64,000 nucleotides of DNA from a virus. The translations under genes and the position numbers were made by a program. Shown here piece after piece: positions 39,986 through 49,942 of this stretch. Below the pieces are notes generated by a model. The model had not been told where the DNA came from. It did not search any database and saw nothing but the letters and a program-made list of their open reading frames with translations. Every line of letters starts with the position of its first letter. Within the stretch, counting starts at the first letter, position 1. The stretch covers positions 27,412-91,411 of IMG/VR virus record IMGVR_UViG_3300017951_000010; one strand, 5' to 3'.

Positions 39986-40704
39986 AAATATTGAAGGTAT
40001 CCGATCTAAGTAAATCATTTGGTGGCATCAAAGCCAACAGTGAGATATCATTCGATGTAGAACAAGGAAGCATTCTGGGAGTTATTGGACCCAACGGTGC
40101 CGGTAAATCAACACTGTTCGATTTGATAACTGGATACACAAAAGCAGACTCAGGACGGGTTGAATTCTTTGGCAAGGACATATCCAATATGAGGCCAGAC
40201 AGAGTAAGCAGTCTGGGTATAGGAAGAACTTTCCAAAAACTTAAACCGTTTGCGGATCAAACTCTGCTTGAGAATGTGATGATAGGGTGCTTCGTAAATG
40301 CAACAACCATGAAGAACGCAAGGAACAGGGCACTGGAGATTATTGACTTTGTTGACCTAATAGACAAGAGATATCATTATGCTAGAGAACTTTCAACAGG
40401 TCAAAGAAAAAGACTTGAGATGGCCAGGGCCATGGCCATAGAGCCAAAGTTACTGCTAATGGATGAAGTGACGGGCGGCGTGGATCAGAAAACGATCCCA
40501 GGCCTGGTGGAGTTAATTAAGAAAATGAAGAAGACCGGAGTTACGATTATAACCATTGAGCACAACATCAACATCATAATGGAAATCTCAGACAACATCC
40601 TTGCTTTAGATCAAGGCGAAAGGATTGCGTACGGCACACCGACTCAGATACAGAATAACAAAAAGGTAGTCGACTCCTACCTAGGAACCTATGATGCTAA
40701 TTGA
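39982..40704 (+). CDS. livG: Liv-type ABC ATP-binding subunit
   Basis: GPNGAGKST, RTFQ, LLLMDE, IEH. Confidence 0.93.
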   Translation: MKILKVSDLSKSFGGIKANSEISFDVEQGSILGVIGPNGAGKSTLFDLITGYTKADSGRVEFFGKDISNMRPDRVSSLGIGRTFQKLKPFADQTLLENVMIGCFVNATTMKNARNRALEIIDFVDLIDKRYHYARELSTGQRKRLEMARAMAIEPKLLLMDEVTGGVDQKTIPGLVELIKKMKKTGVTIITIEHNINIIMEISDNILALDQGERIAYGTPTQIQNNKKVVDSYLGTYDAN

Positions 40705-41401
40705 TATCAAAAACATTGACGTACTTTATGATGATTACCAAGTGATATGGAACGTTTCGATGAATGTCAAACAAGGTGAGATAGTTGCGTTGCTGGGTCC
40801 GAATGGTTCAGGTAAGAGCACTATACTAAACACAATCAGCAACTTGGTTCCTCATAGGAAGGGAAGCATACACTTTGATGGGCAACTTATTTCAAACGTT
40901 CCAACACATCAAAGGACGTCTTTAGGTATTTCACACGTGCTTGAAAGAAGAAGAGTTTTTCCACACCTTACTGTAATTCAGAACTTGATGCTCGGAGCAT
41001 GGCACTCAAAGGCCAAAGAAAAATCTCAAATTTCTCTTGCTAAAATTTTCAAAATATTTCCAAAACTTCAAGTACGAAAAAATCAATTGGCTAGAACCAT
41101 GTCCGGTGGGGAACAACAGACTCTAGCAATAGCAAGGGGATTAATGGGACTACCTAAATTGCTGATGGTGGATGAGCCATTCCTTGGACTGTCTCCAATC
41201 GTAATGAAAGACTTGATCAAAGTATTCAGGAACATCGCAGATGAAGGAATATCAATTTTATTCGTTGAACAGAATGTTAGATTAGCACTAAACATGGCTG
41301 ACCGAGGATACATTCTGGAAAGCGGAAGATTAGTAATTGACGGTGAATCAAAGGATCTGATTGATAACGAAAAAGTTACGAAAGTATTTTTAGGGAATTA
41401 G
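40694..41401 (+). CDS. livF: Liv-type ABC ATP-binding subunit
   Basis: GPNGSGKST, MSGGEQQ, VDEPFLGLSP, VEQN. Confidence 0.93.
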   Translation: MLIDIKNIDVLYDDYQVIWNVSMNVKQGEIVALLGPNGSGKSTILNTISNLVPHRKGSIHFDGQLISNVPTHQRTSLGISHVLERRRVFPHLTVIQNLMLGAWHSKAKEKSQISLAKIFKIFPKLQVRKNQLARTMSGGEQQTLAIARGLMGLPKLLMVDEPFLGLSPIVMKDLIKVFRNIADEGISILFVEQNVRLALNMADRGYILESGRLVIDGESKDLIDNEKVTKVFLGN

Positions 41402-42187
41402 TTACAAAGCCGCAAGATCATTATTCAGCAGATCTGTTATCAACATACTCCCCGGATAATGTGTAATACAAAAATCAGGTTTCGAGTCTTGAAGCACTGA
41501 CTGTGGCGTTACACCACATGCCCAAAATATCGGTATCTCTCCATCCTCAAGCGGCCTCGGTGCATCTCCATAATCCGGTTTCATTATATCATCGATTCCA
41601 ATCTTAGCGGGATCTCCTAAATGAATGGGTGCGCCGTGCACCGCAGGAAATCTCGAACTAATCTGTATTGATCTTATTGCGTCCTTGGCAGTAAGTGGCC
41701 TCATGGAGACAACAACCTTTCCGCTAAACTTACCTGCGGGTTTGCAGTCAATCGATGTCCTGTACATAGGCACTACCGTGTCATTCTCTATGTGTTGCAT
41801 GGGTATGCCGGCTTCTAATAAAGGTAACTCGAAAGACATAGAACATCCAAGAACAAAAACTGTTAAGTCATCGTTCCAATATTTTTTGATATCAAATGGT
41901 TCGTCGATTATCTTTCCTTTTTCCCACACCCTGTATCTTGGCACATCTGTTCTGATGTCGATGTCACCTAGGTCTTGTAGCATTGGATTTCCTTTGGTTC
42001 CAAATCCTATCAACGGGCAAGGCTTTGGGTTCTTCTGACAGAAAGATGCGAAGTCCATTGCGTAGTCACTTGGTAATATGCAAACGTTCCCTTGGACGTA
42101 CTTTCCCGCGGTACCGGCAGTTTGTTTAGTATACTGATTTTTCCTTATTACTTGTCTTGCCTCTGATGGATTTTGAATATCAAGCAT
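41402..42187 (-). CDS. DUF1445 putative hydro-lyase / D-glutamate cyclase-like protein
   Basis: [53 protein letters not shown]; ATG 42187 preferred. Confidence 0.9.
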   Translation of the reverse strand: MLDIQNPSEARQVIRKNQYTKQTAGTAGKYVQGNVCILPSDYAMDFASFCQKNPKPCPLIGFGTKGNPMLQDLGDIDIRTDVPRYRVWEKGKIIDEPFDIKKYWNDDLTVFVLGCSMSFELPLLEAGIPMQHIENDTVVPMYRTSIDCKPAGKFSGKVVVSMRPLTAKDAIRSIQISSRFPAVHGAPIHLGDPAKIGIDDIMKPDYGDAPRPLEDGEIPIFWACGVTPQSVLQDSKPDFCITHYPGSMLITDLLNNDLAAL

Positions 42188-42271
42188 TTTATTTTTTTGT
42201 AGATACTTATAATAGTTTCCAGACACAGTCAAAAGTTTAATCACCGATGACGGCTATCAGTAAATACCGGT

Positions 42272-43108
42272 ATGAAACAATTCAACGCAGAATTTCTTGA
42301 AACAGATTGGCGAAGAAACAGACCACAAAAATTTGGATTCAAGATGTCGAACGAAAAGACTTTGGCAAAACATCAACGTCTCCTTCCGCCCGAAATGGTA
42401 AAAGGAAAATCAATACTGGACATAGGATCATTCATGTCACAGACAGGGGATTGGTGTTTGAATCACGGTGCCACAAAATACACTGGTGTCGAAATAATAA
42501 AAGAATTTGCAGACAGGGGCATAGAACTGATGGAGAAGTATCACTCAGGAGAGAATTGGAACATCATACATTCGAGTCTTGAAGATTACTTTGCCACTCA
42601 CAACGAGAAATATGATATCATATTCTCATGGGGAGTATCATTCAGCCAAATAGATCACGCATGGTTCATCAAAAATCTCTGTGAACGCTGTGATCACATG
42701 GCCCTCAATTGGAGGCATCCAAAGGTGATGTGGAACGACAACAACGATTACATTCCAGATGAGATGTGGAAGAAGTTTGAATATGATATCCCTTACCAAG
42801 AATGGCAAGAGGACGTAATGACACAGACAGCAGGTAAGAATGCAAGTGTATACTGTTCCTCTGTACACACAAGCATGAAGGCAGTGCAACTGCTTATGAA
42901 GATGAATGGTTTTTCATCAAGCACAGACAGTTATGAGTACTTCAAGAAGGTCATGCCTGAAGACATGGGCATGTTCAGACGAAAAGACAGACCCGGCTTC
43001 TTTGTGGTCGAAGGCACTAGAGACGAGGCAGTGGCACGTCCAAACATATTCAACGAGATGGTTGAAAACCCAAAGGTGTGGAATGAAAAGTGGATCGACT
43101 GGTGTTAA
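42272..43108 (+). CDS. class I SAM-dependent methyltransferase-like protein
   Basis: KSILDIGS, TGVE, YDIIF; TAAATA 42261-42266 upstream. Confidence 0.7.
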   Translation: MKQFNAEFLETDWRRNRPQKFGFKMSNEKTLAKHQRLLPPEMVKGKSILDIGSFMSQTGDWCLNHGATKYTGVEIIKEFADRGIELMEKYHSGENWNIIHSSLEDYFATHNEKYDIIFSWGVSFSQIDHAWFIKNLCERCDHMALNWRHPKVMWNDNNDYIPDEMWKKFEYDIPYQEWQEDVMTQTAGKNASVYCSSVHTSMKAVQLLMKMNGFSSSTDSYEYFKKVMPEDMGMFRRKDRPGFFVVEGTRDEAVARPNIFNEMVENPKVWNEKWIDWC

Positions 43109-43769
43109 GGACTGGCAGTTTGATGAGACGATAGCAAAGTCCTTCGTTGAACATGCCAGGAAGCACATACCAAACTACGAGCAAGTCATAGACAAGTGTG
43201 CCAACTATTGTGAACTCAACCTGCCCAAAGATGCAAAGATCATTGATGTTGGCTGTGCCACAGGGCACACATTAAGCAGACTGCACGGTCGCGGGTTTAC
43301 TGATCTATATGGCGTTGACAACAGTGAAAGCATGGTAGAACAGGCACAACAAGGTATAGCAACTTACACAGTGAGTGACAAGTTTCCAGAAGGACAGTTT
43401 GACATGATACTGTGTAACTGGACCTTACATTTTATGAAAGACAAGATATCTTATCTGACCTCTATGCGTGACGGACTATCTGAAAACGGGACAATGATTA
43501 TATCCGAAAAGATCAGTAAAGATCCAGATCGTGTTAAATTGTATCATGACCAAAAAAAGAGGCTGGGGGTATCTGAAGAAGAAATAAAACGAAAACAAAA
43601 ACAATTAGAGAACGTCATGTTCATAGACTCGCTAGATTGGTACCAACGCATCTTAAAAACATTGGGTTTTGAAGTGACAGTCATAGATGCTGATTGGTGT
43701 TTCGCGACGTTCTTGTGTAGAAAAGAAAAAGACTCATGGATGCAATGGACATACCACACTGGGTGGTAG
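43083..43769 (+). CDS. CmoA-like SAM-dependent transferase
   Basis: WQFDE, HIPNY, DVGCATG, GVDNS, WTLHF, ISEK, LENVM. Confidence 0.75.
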   Translation: MKSGSTGVKDWQFDETIAKSFVEHARKHIPNYEQVIDKCANYCELNLPKDAKIIDVGCATGHTLSRLHGRGFTDLYGVDNSESMVEQAQQGIATYTVSDKFPEGQFDMILCNWTLHFMKDKISYLTSMRDGLSENGTMIISEKISKDPDRVKLYHDQKKRLGVSEEEIKRKQKQLENVMFIDSLDWYQRILKTLGFEVTVIDADWCFATFLCRKEKDSWMQWTYHTGW

Positions 43770-44824
43770 GAGACAAACACATCTATAATCAACTAGAGGC
43801 ATGGGAAGAAATTGCGGCCTCGGGCAAAGCATACAGGTTTTACTTCTACGATCATGTGTACAACCGTTACGACTGGTCCGTAGAACCAAAACAGTCGTGG
43901 GATGAGTTAGTGTTACACAGATGCCTGCAACTGCGGCAGAAATACAGAAAACTATCTTTGTGGTACAGCGGTGGACGAGATTCTCACCACGTGTTGAGAT
44001 CGTTTGCCAAAAATAATATACCAATAGACGAGTTACTACTTTTACATTGGAAGATGAATCCAGTACGTAATCACGAATATTATAACTGGCAGTTGCCTCT
44101 GGCAAAAAAATACAAAGAGGTCAACCCTAATGTTAAGATAACGACAGTGGATGTTGACTCAAAAGTTTACAACAAATACTATGATTCGAAAGGACCAGAT
44201 TCTAGATATTTCTCTTCCGACGATGGGCTCTATCAACCAAGTGATTTCGAGTGGCACACAGTAAATCTCTGCAATATTTCTGACAGCAGTACCGGGGTAA
44301 TTGTGGCCCTTGAAAAGCCATACCTTTATCTAGATAACGGAAAACTGTATCACAGATTTGTTGACAAACCGTTTGAGCTGTACAGAGGCTCCATTAGTGA
44401 ATTTGAAATGTTCCACTATGCCCCTGACCTGCCAGAGTTATATATCAAGCAGTGCCACATATTGGCCAACTACATAAAACAGAAATACCCAAATAAGGAC
44501 AAGCAATTCTTTGATGAGTTCATAGAGAACCCCCATGGTTCTTATTACAGTGAATACTGTACGGCGTGTGGACGAGGTCCGGCCATCGATGAGGACGAAC
44601 CGTGCAACAACGGAAAAAACAAGTACAATGGGTCACATAAAATATTTGACAACATCATAGACATTGCCCAAAAAGACAATTTTAAATCCTACAAGATATG
44701 GAAGGATGGTATGGAATATTGGCACAAAAAAGTGCCGGAGGCATTTCAACAGAAGCAGAATTACAGACAGGGTGGAACCACAGGAATAGTAAGCACATCT
44801 AAGTTCATTATGGACTATGCCTAA
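43736..44824 (+). CDS. PP-loop (adenine nucleotide alpha hydrolase)-like protein
   Basis: LWYSGGRDS motif; KQCH. Confidence 0.55.
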   Translation: MDAMDIPHWVVGDKHIYNQLEAWEEIAASGKAYRFYFYDHVYNRYDWSVEPKQSWDELVLHRCLQLRQKYRKLSLWYSGGRDSHHVLRSFAKNNIPIDELLLLHWKMNPVRNHEYYNWQLPLAKKYKEVNPNVKITTVDVDSKVYNKYYDSKGPDSRYFSSDDGLYQPSDFEWHTVNLCNISDSSTGVIVALEKPYLYLDNGKLYHRFVDKPFELYRGSISEFEMFHYAPDLPELYIKQCHILANYIKQKYPNKDKQFFDEFIENPHGSYYSEYCTACGRGPAIDEDEPCNNGKNKYNGSHKIFDNIIDIAQKDNFKSYKIWKDGMEYWHKKVPEAFQQKQNYRQGGTTGIVSTSKFIMDYA

Positions 44825-44844
44825 ATACAAACAAAAGAAAAATC

Positions 44845-45540
44845 ATGCCAAAATATATAAAGACAGTCAAGACAAAAGAACAACTGGCAGTACTGCTTCA
44901 AGGCATTGCCGGCAAGGGTAGAGAACTTATACAGCAATGGATCGATATCGATCCTATCTTTGTTGGAGAGTTGACATCAGCAAATTACGAAATGAGTATC
45001 AAAAAGCATCTCATAGAATCTGTGAAACAGATTTCGATAGAAGGCCACTGGTGTGAGTTTGGAGTCAGAGAAGGAAGAAGTCTCCAATGGTTGATAAATG
45101 AGCATCCTAATACTGTAATACATGCTTTTGACTCATGGAAAGGATTACCAGAGGATTGGAACCACGGAACAGGCACAGTGGCCGACATGTCTTGTGAACC
45201 TCCTGTTGTGCCAGAACACATACAACTACACAAAGGATGGTTCAAAGACACATTACCTATCTGGAAACAAAAAAATGACGGACCAATCGCATTCCTCCAC
45301 ATGGACGCCGATATATACTCATCTACCAAAGAAGTCTTGGTATCATTGGATGAACAAATTGTTCCTGGAACTGTTATAACTTTTGATGAATTTTGCAATT
45401 TTAGACTTTCCGGAAAGATGAGCAAATGGCAGGACCAAGAATTCAGAGCGTTAACAGAATGGCTAGATGAAAAGCAAAGGGAGGTTGAACCTTTAAATCG
45501 AAACTGGGCGTATCAGGCGAGTTGTGTAGTCGTTAGTTGA
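44845..45540 (+). CDS. TylF/MycF-like O-methyltransferase
   Basis: EFGVREG, FDSWKGLPE, KGWFKDTL, HMDADIYSS, FDE. Confidence 0.85.
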   Translation: MPKYIKTVKTKEQLAVLLQGIAGKGRELIQQWIDIDPIFVGELTSANYEMSIKKHLIESVKQISIEGHWCEFGVREGRSLQWLINEHPNTVIHAFDSWKGLPEDWNHGTGTVADMSCEPPVVPEHIQLHKGWFKDTLPIWKQKNDGPIAFLHMDADIYSSTKEVLVSLDEQIVPGTVITFDEFCNFRLSGKMSKWQDQEFRALTEWLDEKQREVEPLNRNWAYQASCVVVS

Positions 45541-46263
45541 TCTGCTTTCATGTACAAAAATAAAATCCGCATCATGGGGATAGCCTTCATATGATGTGTC
45601 ACGCACAGCATCTTGCACTGTTTCGCATTTCATTATTTTCTTGTTCTTGATAAAATACCAATATGTTTGGTAGCCTAGGTCTGTAAGATATTGGAAAATG
45701 TTTTCTAAAGGATATTTTGTGTTTTGATCCCATATCTCAACCATAAGTGTCGGCCAAGATGTTTTCAAAAGTGCTTCTGCACCTTTCAACACATCGAGTT
45801 CAGTACCTTCGGTATCTATCTTGATAAGTCCAATATTGGAATGTTTTTGGTCGTCTAACTTGACCACATCCACCGTGATCGGTTTACCCCATCCTGGATT
45901 AAGAAATCCATTTTGTGAAAGCCTCTTGTCGTCTATGTAGAAAGTTTCTTTGCCTTGGAAGTTGCTTACTGCAAGATTATAAACCGAGACATTACTGAAT
46001 TTTTCTTTTAATTTGATTGTCTGTTCATAACTGTGACTGGGTTCATATGAATGCACGTGTTTAAATTTTTTCGCGAAGAACGTTGACATCAAACCCGCCG
46101 CGGCTCCGACATCAATTGCTTCTTCATTCTTATCAATGAGTCCCATGTTTTCTATTGCAGTGAGAGTTCCGTTAGTGACTTTGCCGTATGACTTTTCTGT
46201 GAACACACGCCTATCTAAAACAGATTTTGGTAAATCTAAATCTTTGTAAAACATAACCCCCAT
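45493..46263 (-). CDS. FkbM-family methyltransferase
   Basis: IDVGAAAG, YEP, IKIDTEGTE. Confidence 0.85.
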   Translation of the reverse strand: MGVMFYKDLDLPKSVLDRRVFTEKSYGKVTNGTLTAIENMGLIDKNEEAIDVGAAAGLMSTFFAKKFKHVHSYEPSHSYEQTIKLKEKFSNVSVYNLAVSNFQGKETFYIDDKRLSQNGFLNPGWGKPITVDVVKLDDQKHSNIGLIKIDTEGTELDVLKGAEALLKTSWPTLMVEIWDQNTKYPLENIFQYLTDLGYQTYWYFIKNKKIMKCETVQDAVRDTSYEGYPHDADFIFVHESRSTNDYTTRLIRPVSI

Positions 46264-46847
46264 TCTCGCAAATACATTTTCGGAACCTGCTTATTGTTTA
46301 ATAATGGATCGCGCCAATAAACCGACTTAATCATATTTAAATTTGATTTTTCCTTCACTATTCTAGTTAGCGGTTGATTTAGCTCGTACCCTATTTCTTC
46401 AAACTTGTCTATCCAGTACGGTGCTTCCTGGCAGTTGACATGATGGTGGCCGGGCCAACCAATTGGGCACCATGTAAAAATAACATATTTGGCTCTCTTG
46501 AATATGTCCATGTAGTTGTGCACCTTGCTTCCGTCTATGTGCTCGCTTACACTGACGCTCCAAATTAAGTCAATCTGATCAGGTATCTCTTTTATTTTAA
46601 CCACACCGTCGTTCTCAAAATCATGTTTGAAAAGGTTATCACATATCGGATTGACCAAGGCGTCACTATCTCCTTCGATGCCATAAGCAGTGTAGCCGTG
46701 TTGCTCTTTAGCGAATGCCACATTTAATCCCACACCACAACCAACATCCAACATTGTCTTGCAGTCTAGTTGGGTCCTGAAATAATCGAGGAGGTATGGA
46801 CTCACGTGTCCTCTGCTCCAATGTCCGCCTGTGTTGTTGTTTGCCAT
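46236..46847 (-). CDS. class I SAM-dependent methyltransferase
   Basis: LDVGCGVG, GIEG, SEHI, GHHHVNCQ. Confidence 0.8.
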   Translation of the reverse strand: MANNNTGGHWSRGHVSPYLLDYFRTQLDCKTMLDVGCGVGLNVAFAKEQHGYTAYGIEGDSDALVNPICDNLFKHDFENDGVVKIKEIPDQIDLIWSVSVSEHIDGSKVHNYMDIFKRAKYVIFTWCPIGWPGHHHVNCQEAPYWIDKFEEIGYELNQPLTRIVKEKSNLNMIKSVYWRDPLLNNKQVPKMYLREWGLCFTKI

Positions 46848-47932
46848 TATTTGAATTGAAGTTGCAGGTTGATTCTCATGCCTTCGTCCACACGCCCACC
46901 AGTGTGCATAGTGTATCCAGGATCGAACAGTGCAAAGTTTCCTGTGTTGTTTGTTGTCAATTTGACAATATTATCTGTGATCAATTTCTGCTCGGACGTT
47001 CCATCTAGCAGGTTCCTTCCAAACTGGTAGTTGATCCTCAATCTCTTTGGAAGTCTGAAGATAGCACTCCTGTGCAGTTTGTCCTCCATGTAATTTCCAA
47101 TTGCGTTTGCCCTGCCCCATACGGATTCAAAGGCATCGTGCTTCCACCTATTACTGGTCTTGACAAACCATATAGGTCCTTGTTTTTCTGTAACTTCTCC
47201 CAAATAGAAAGCACCTTTCAGCAAATCAAATTTTGGGTCTAAGTGTAGGTTGGTTGTCACTGGATGTTTCTGCGACACTGAATTGATATCTCTGTACTGT
47301 TGGAAGATATGACTGTCCGTCGGATAGGAAACGTGTAAGGTGACTTTCTTAACACTCATGCTCTTGCCCATGTATGAAGATGCCGCATCTAGTATTCCTT
47401 GCTTCTCGAATTCTTCATTTAACATGTCCTGCACCTTGCTACCATTTTCGGGTTTTGGGTTTGCTCTGTCGTATGTCCCTATTTGAGTTATTTGATCTTG
47501 TTTGTTTAATAAAAAGTCAATGTCCGATTGGAGGAGACTCTTGACCTTGTGTCCTATGTCGCTATATCCAAATGTGACACCCTGCTCTGCCAGGGTGTGA
47601 AAGTGTTTGTTGTCAGAATGCTTGTCAAAGAAGTTATGTCTATTTGTGGTTATTTGATAAGTGTACTGCCTGCCTACTTTTTTTCGCCAATGGTTTATAA
47701 TTTCCTGTTCTCCCTCCTGCAGAGGCATCTGTGTCTTTGAAAGCTCTACAAGTTCATCCACGATCATTAGGAATTGGTTCATTCCTTTTTTCTTCATGAA
47801 CATATCCTCACACCGATTGACAAGTGCATCTGATTCGAGATTGTCATCGAAACGTTGTTCTTGTCTTACTTCGGGGAGGTCTGATACATCGGGGAAAACA
47901 AATCCGTGATCGGCTATTTCTTGATAATTCAT
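46847..47932 (-). CDS. 2OG-Fe(II)/phytanoyl-CoA dioxygenase-like protein
   Basis: LHLD, GP, MHTGG, RINLQ; ATG 47932 lies 8 nt after a minus-strand TAAATA. Confidence 0.6.
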   Translation of the reverse strand: MNYQEIADHGFVFPDVSDLPEVRQEQRFDDNLESDALVNRCEDMFMKKKGMNQFLMIVDELVELSKTQMPLQEGEQEIINHWRKKVGRQYTYQITTNRHNFFDKHSDNKHFHTLAEQGVTFGYSDIGHKVKSLLQSDIDFLLNKQDQITQIGTYDRANPKPENGSKVQDMLNEEFEKQGILDAASSYMGKSMSVKKVTLHVSYPTDSHIFQQYRDINSVSQKHPVTTNLHLDPKFDLLKGAFYLGEVTEKQGPIWFVKTSNRWKHDAFESVWGRANAIGNYMEDKLHRSAIFRLPKRLRINYQFGRNLLDGTSEQKLITDNIVKLTTNNTGNFALFDPGYTMHTGGRVDEGMRINLQLQFK

Positions 47933-47940
47933 TATATGGG

Positions 47941-47956
47941 TATTTAACAATAAATA
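47941..47956. promoter_or_regulatory. back-to-back late-type promoter boxes
   Basis: TATTTA-ACAA-TAAATA between divergent ATGs at 47932 (-) and 47962 (+). Confidence 0.65.
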
Positions 47957-47961
47957 TTCCT

Positions 47962-48783
47962 ATGCACAATTATCATTTCTCTAATGGATGCAGTTTCTCA
48001 ACCAAAAAGAAACACAATAGTTGTCACCAATGGTTGGCTAATCACTATGGACTAGGGCAAGACAAAACTATCAACTGTGCCAAAGGCGGACGTGGCAATG
48101 ATAGGATCGTACAGACCACAATGTCATTCTTTTACAATAATCCAGAAAGAATGAAGGACACCACAGTAAGCATAGGCTGGTCAACACCCTACAGATGGGA
48201 TTTTATTTTGAGAGACAAACAAGAGAGTTCAAGAGTCATACGTGGTGCAAATACAGAGTTTGACTGGCAGTGGCAGACTTTTCACCTTGCAAAGGCTGAT
48301 CCACCTGAACCTGGTAGGTTCTTCCTTGATTATGGAATCAATGAAAGAGGAATGGATCTAGATCTTACCCATGCTGTAAAACTTTACACTCAAATTCTAA
48401 CATTACAATATTTCTTCAAGCAACACAACATAAGGTATGTCATGTACCATGCTTTAACGAACTATTGTCCTGTGGACACCGTGGACGGTATATCTAGATC
48501 TCAACTGAAAAATTTACGTGACGCCATAGATAAAAAACATTTCATGAATTTTGACAGCAGTGAGTCAGTAAAGGAAAAAGTTAAGATGCAACTTGCAAAC
48601 AGGTCATCACCAGAACACAGGTATCATCACAAAGAGGATTACTGCCAGTCACACTTCGAGTTTGTGGCGAAGCATGGTCTGGGCAAGGCACCGAACGACG
48701 CACACCCAAATCCCGAAGGACACAGGCGATGGGGACAACTACTTTACGATTTCACAAAAAATAATGGCCTTTTTTCTAACTAA
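47962..48783 (+). CDS. SGNH/GDSL-like protein
   Basis: SNGCSF, NCAKGGRGNDRI, IGWS, DAHPNPEGH. Confidence 0.65.
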   Translation: MHNYHFSNGCSFSTKKKHNSCHQWLANHYGLGQDKTINCAKGGRGNDRIVQTTMSFFYNNPERMKDTTVSIGWSTPYRWDFILRDKQESSRVIRGANTEFDWQWQTFHLAKADPPEPGRFFLDYGINERGMDLDLTHAVKLYTQILTLQYFFKQHNIRYVMYHALTNYCPVDTVDGISRSQLKNLRDAIDKKHFMNFDSSESVKEKVKMQLANRSSPEHRYHHKEDYCQSHFEFVAKHGLGKAPNDAHPNPEGHRRWGQLLYDFTKNNGLFSN

Positions 48784-49384
48784 ATCTTGTTTCATTCACA
48801 CTCCTAAGTGTGCCGGCAGGTGGGTCAAACAACACCTCAGCGAAGCCTGTACCATCACTGGTAGGGAATACAATCAAGGATTCTTGGGAGAGAAAAACAC
48901 AGAACATTACGCCCCAACTTGGATCGAGCTCGGGGATAAAAAACCTTTTGCATTTGTGAGACACCCAATCGTGTGGTTGGCAAGCCTACACAATCACAGA
49001 ATGCGTAAGAGAGGAAACTGGTTTCCAGACAGGTTCCCATTAGAAAAGGCAGGACATTCTGATTGGCATCAATTTGTAAAAAACGTTTGCCTTCATGAAA
49101 ACTGGATACAGGAGTACTATGACATGCACGTGGGACAGTACGGAGATCAAATCATGATAGGAAAAATGGAAAACCTTGAAAGCGAACTGATAAGAATACT
49201 TACTGCGTTGAATGAACCTTTTGATATCACAAAATTAGAAGGCAAAGGAAAAATATTGCACAAAAGATCGAACATAGAGAACACGATGAAAAGAGTAAAA
49301 GCCTTGTCTCTGAAAGAAAAAGAGGCTCTGTATGAAAGCCAGAAAGTGGCCTTCTTAAAGTACGGCTATTCCTTGTCTGTGTAA
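48764..49384 (+). CDS. sulfotransferase-like protein
   Basis: 5'-PSB-like FIHTPKCAG, 3'-PB-like FVRHP..WLAS. Confidence 0.7.
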   Translation: MAFFLTKSCFIHTPKCAGRWVKQHLSEACTITGREYNQGFLGEKNTEHYAPTWIELGDKKPFAFVRHPIVWLASLHNHRMRKRGNWFPDRFPLEKAGHSDWHQFVKNVCLHENWIQEYYDMHVGQYGDQIMIGKMENLESELIRILTALNEPFDITKLEGKGKILHKRSNIENTMKRVKALSLKEKEALYESQKVAFLKYGYSLSV

Positions 49385-49942
49385 TTCGACAAATCCAGAA
49401 CGTTTGTCGTTGTGCATGTAGACGACATCCTTAACAAACTGTTTCACACTAGACACATTCCTTAACGAACAAAAGACCCTAGTATCATTGTGCGAGTGTT
49501 CTAGAATAAATTCTTTATAGGTTCGTACAGGGTAATGGAACCCCATACTGCTTTCACTCATTATCACATCAAACTTAGGAGCGTTATCCCAGGTGGTGTC
49601 AGTTGGTTCTAAAAGTTTGTATTCTCGAACATTACGTGACTCAAGGCTAGACCTTATACTTTCAAAACTGTTGTAGGCTTCAAAATCATCAACTGGACCA
49701 AAGTCGTTGTGTCTCTTGTCGTTGTCTTGATCGTTTCTTTGCTTGTCTAATAACCAAATTTCCGTACCGTGCTCTGTATTAAACCAGCCTGATTCGTGTG
49801 CAAATCCACAGCCAATGTCTAACAACGTCTGCGGCATGATGCCGAGATAGTCTTTAAAGGCAGTGTACCCGACATATTTTTTATCAATGTACTCTTTGGA
49901 GTTCCAAAGTTTTTCTTGCCTACCTAATACTTTTTCTGACAT
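49355..49942 (-). CDS. class I SAM-dependent methyltransferase
   Basis: LLDIGCG, FDVIMS, GFHYP; ATG 49942 preferred. Confidence 0.75.
   Translation of the reverse strand: MSEKVLGRQEKLWNSKEYIDKKYVGYTAFKDYLGIMPQTLLDIGCGFAHESGWFNTEHGTEIWLLDKQRNDQDNDKRHNDFGPVDDFEAYNSFESIRSSLESRNVREYKLLEPTDTTWDNAPKFDVIMSESSMGFHYPVRTYKEFILEHSHNDTRVFCSLRNVSSVKQFVKDVVYMHNDKRSGFVELHRQGIAVL

Noticed and set aside
36798-42187. Interpreting the window as a bacterial chromosome or prophage boundary
   Set aside because: Phage-type genes and TAAATA boxes resume at 42261, and no housekeeping genes or att/integrase are present; a chimera still needs read-level exclusion
47824-47961. Long N-terminal extensions given by the ORF track (also 13666-13785, 42906-43082, 50826-50936)
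   Set aside because: They overlap neighbouring genes or promoter boxes; downstream ATGs fit domain starts and, where present, box spacing better
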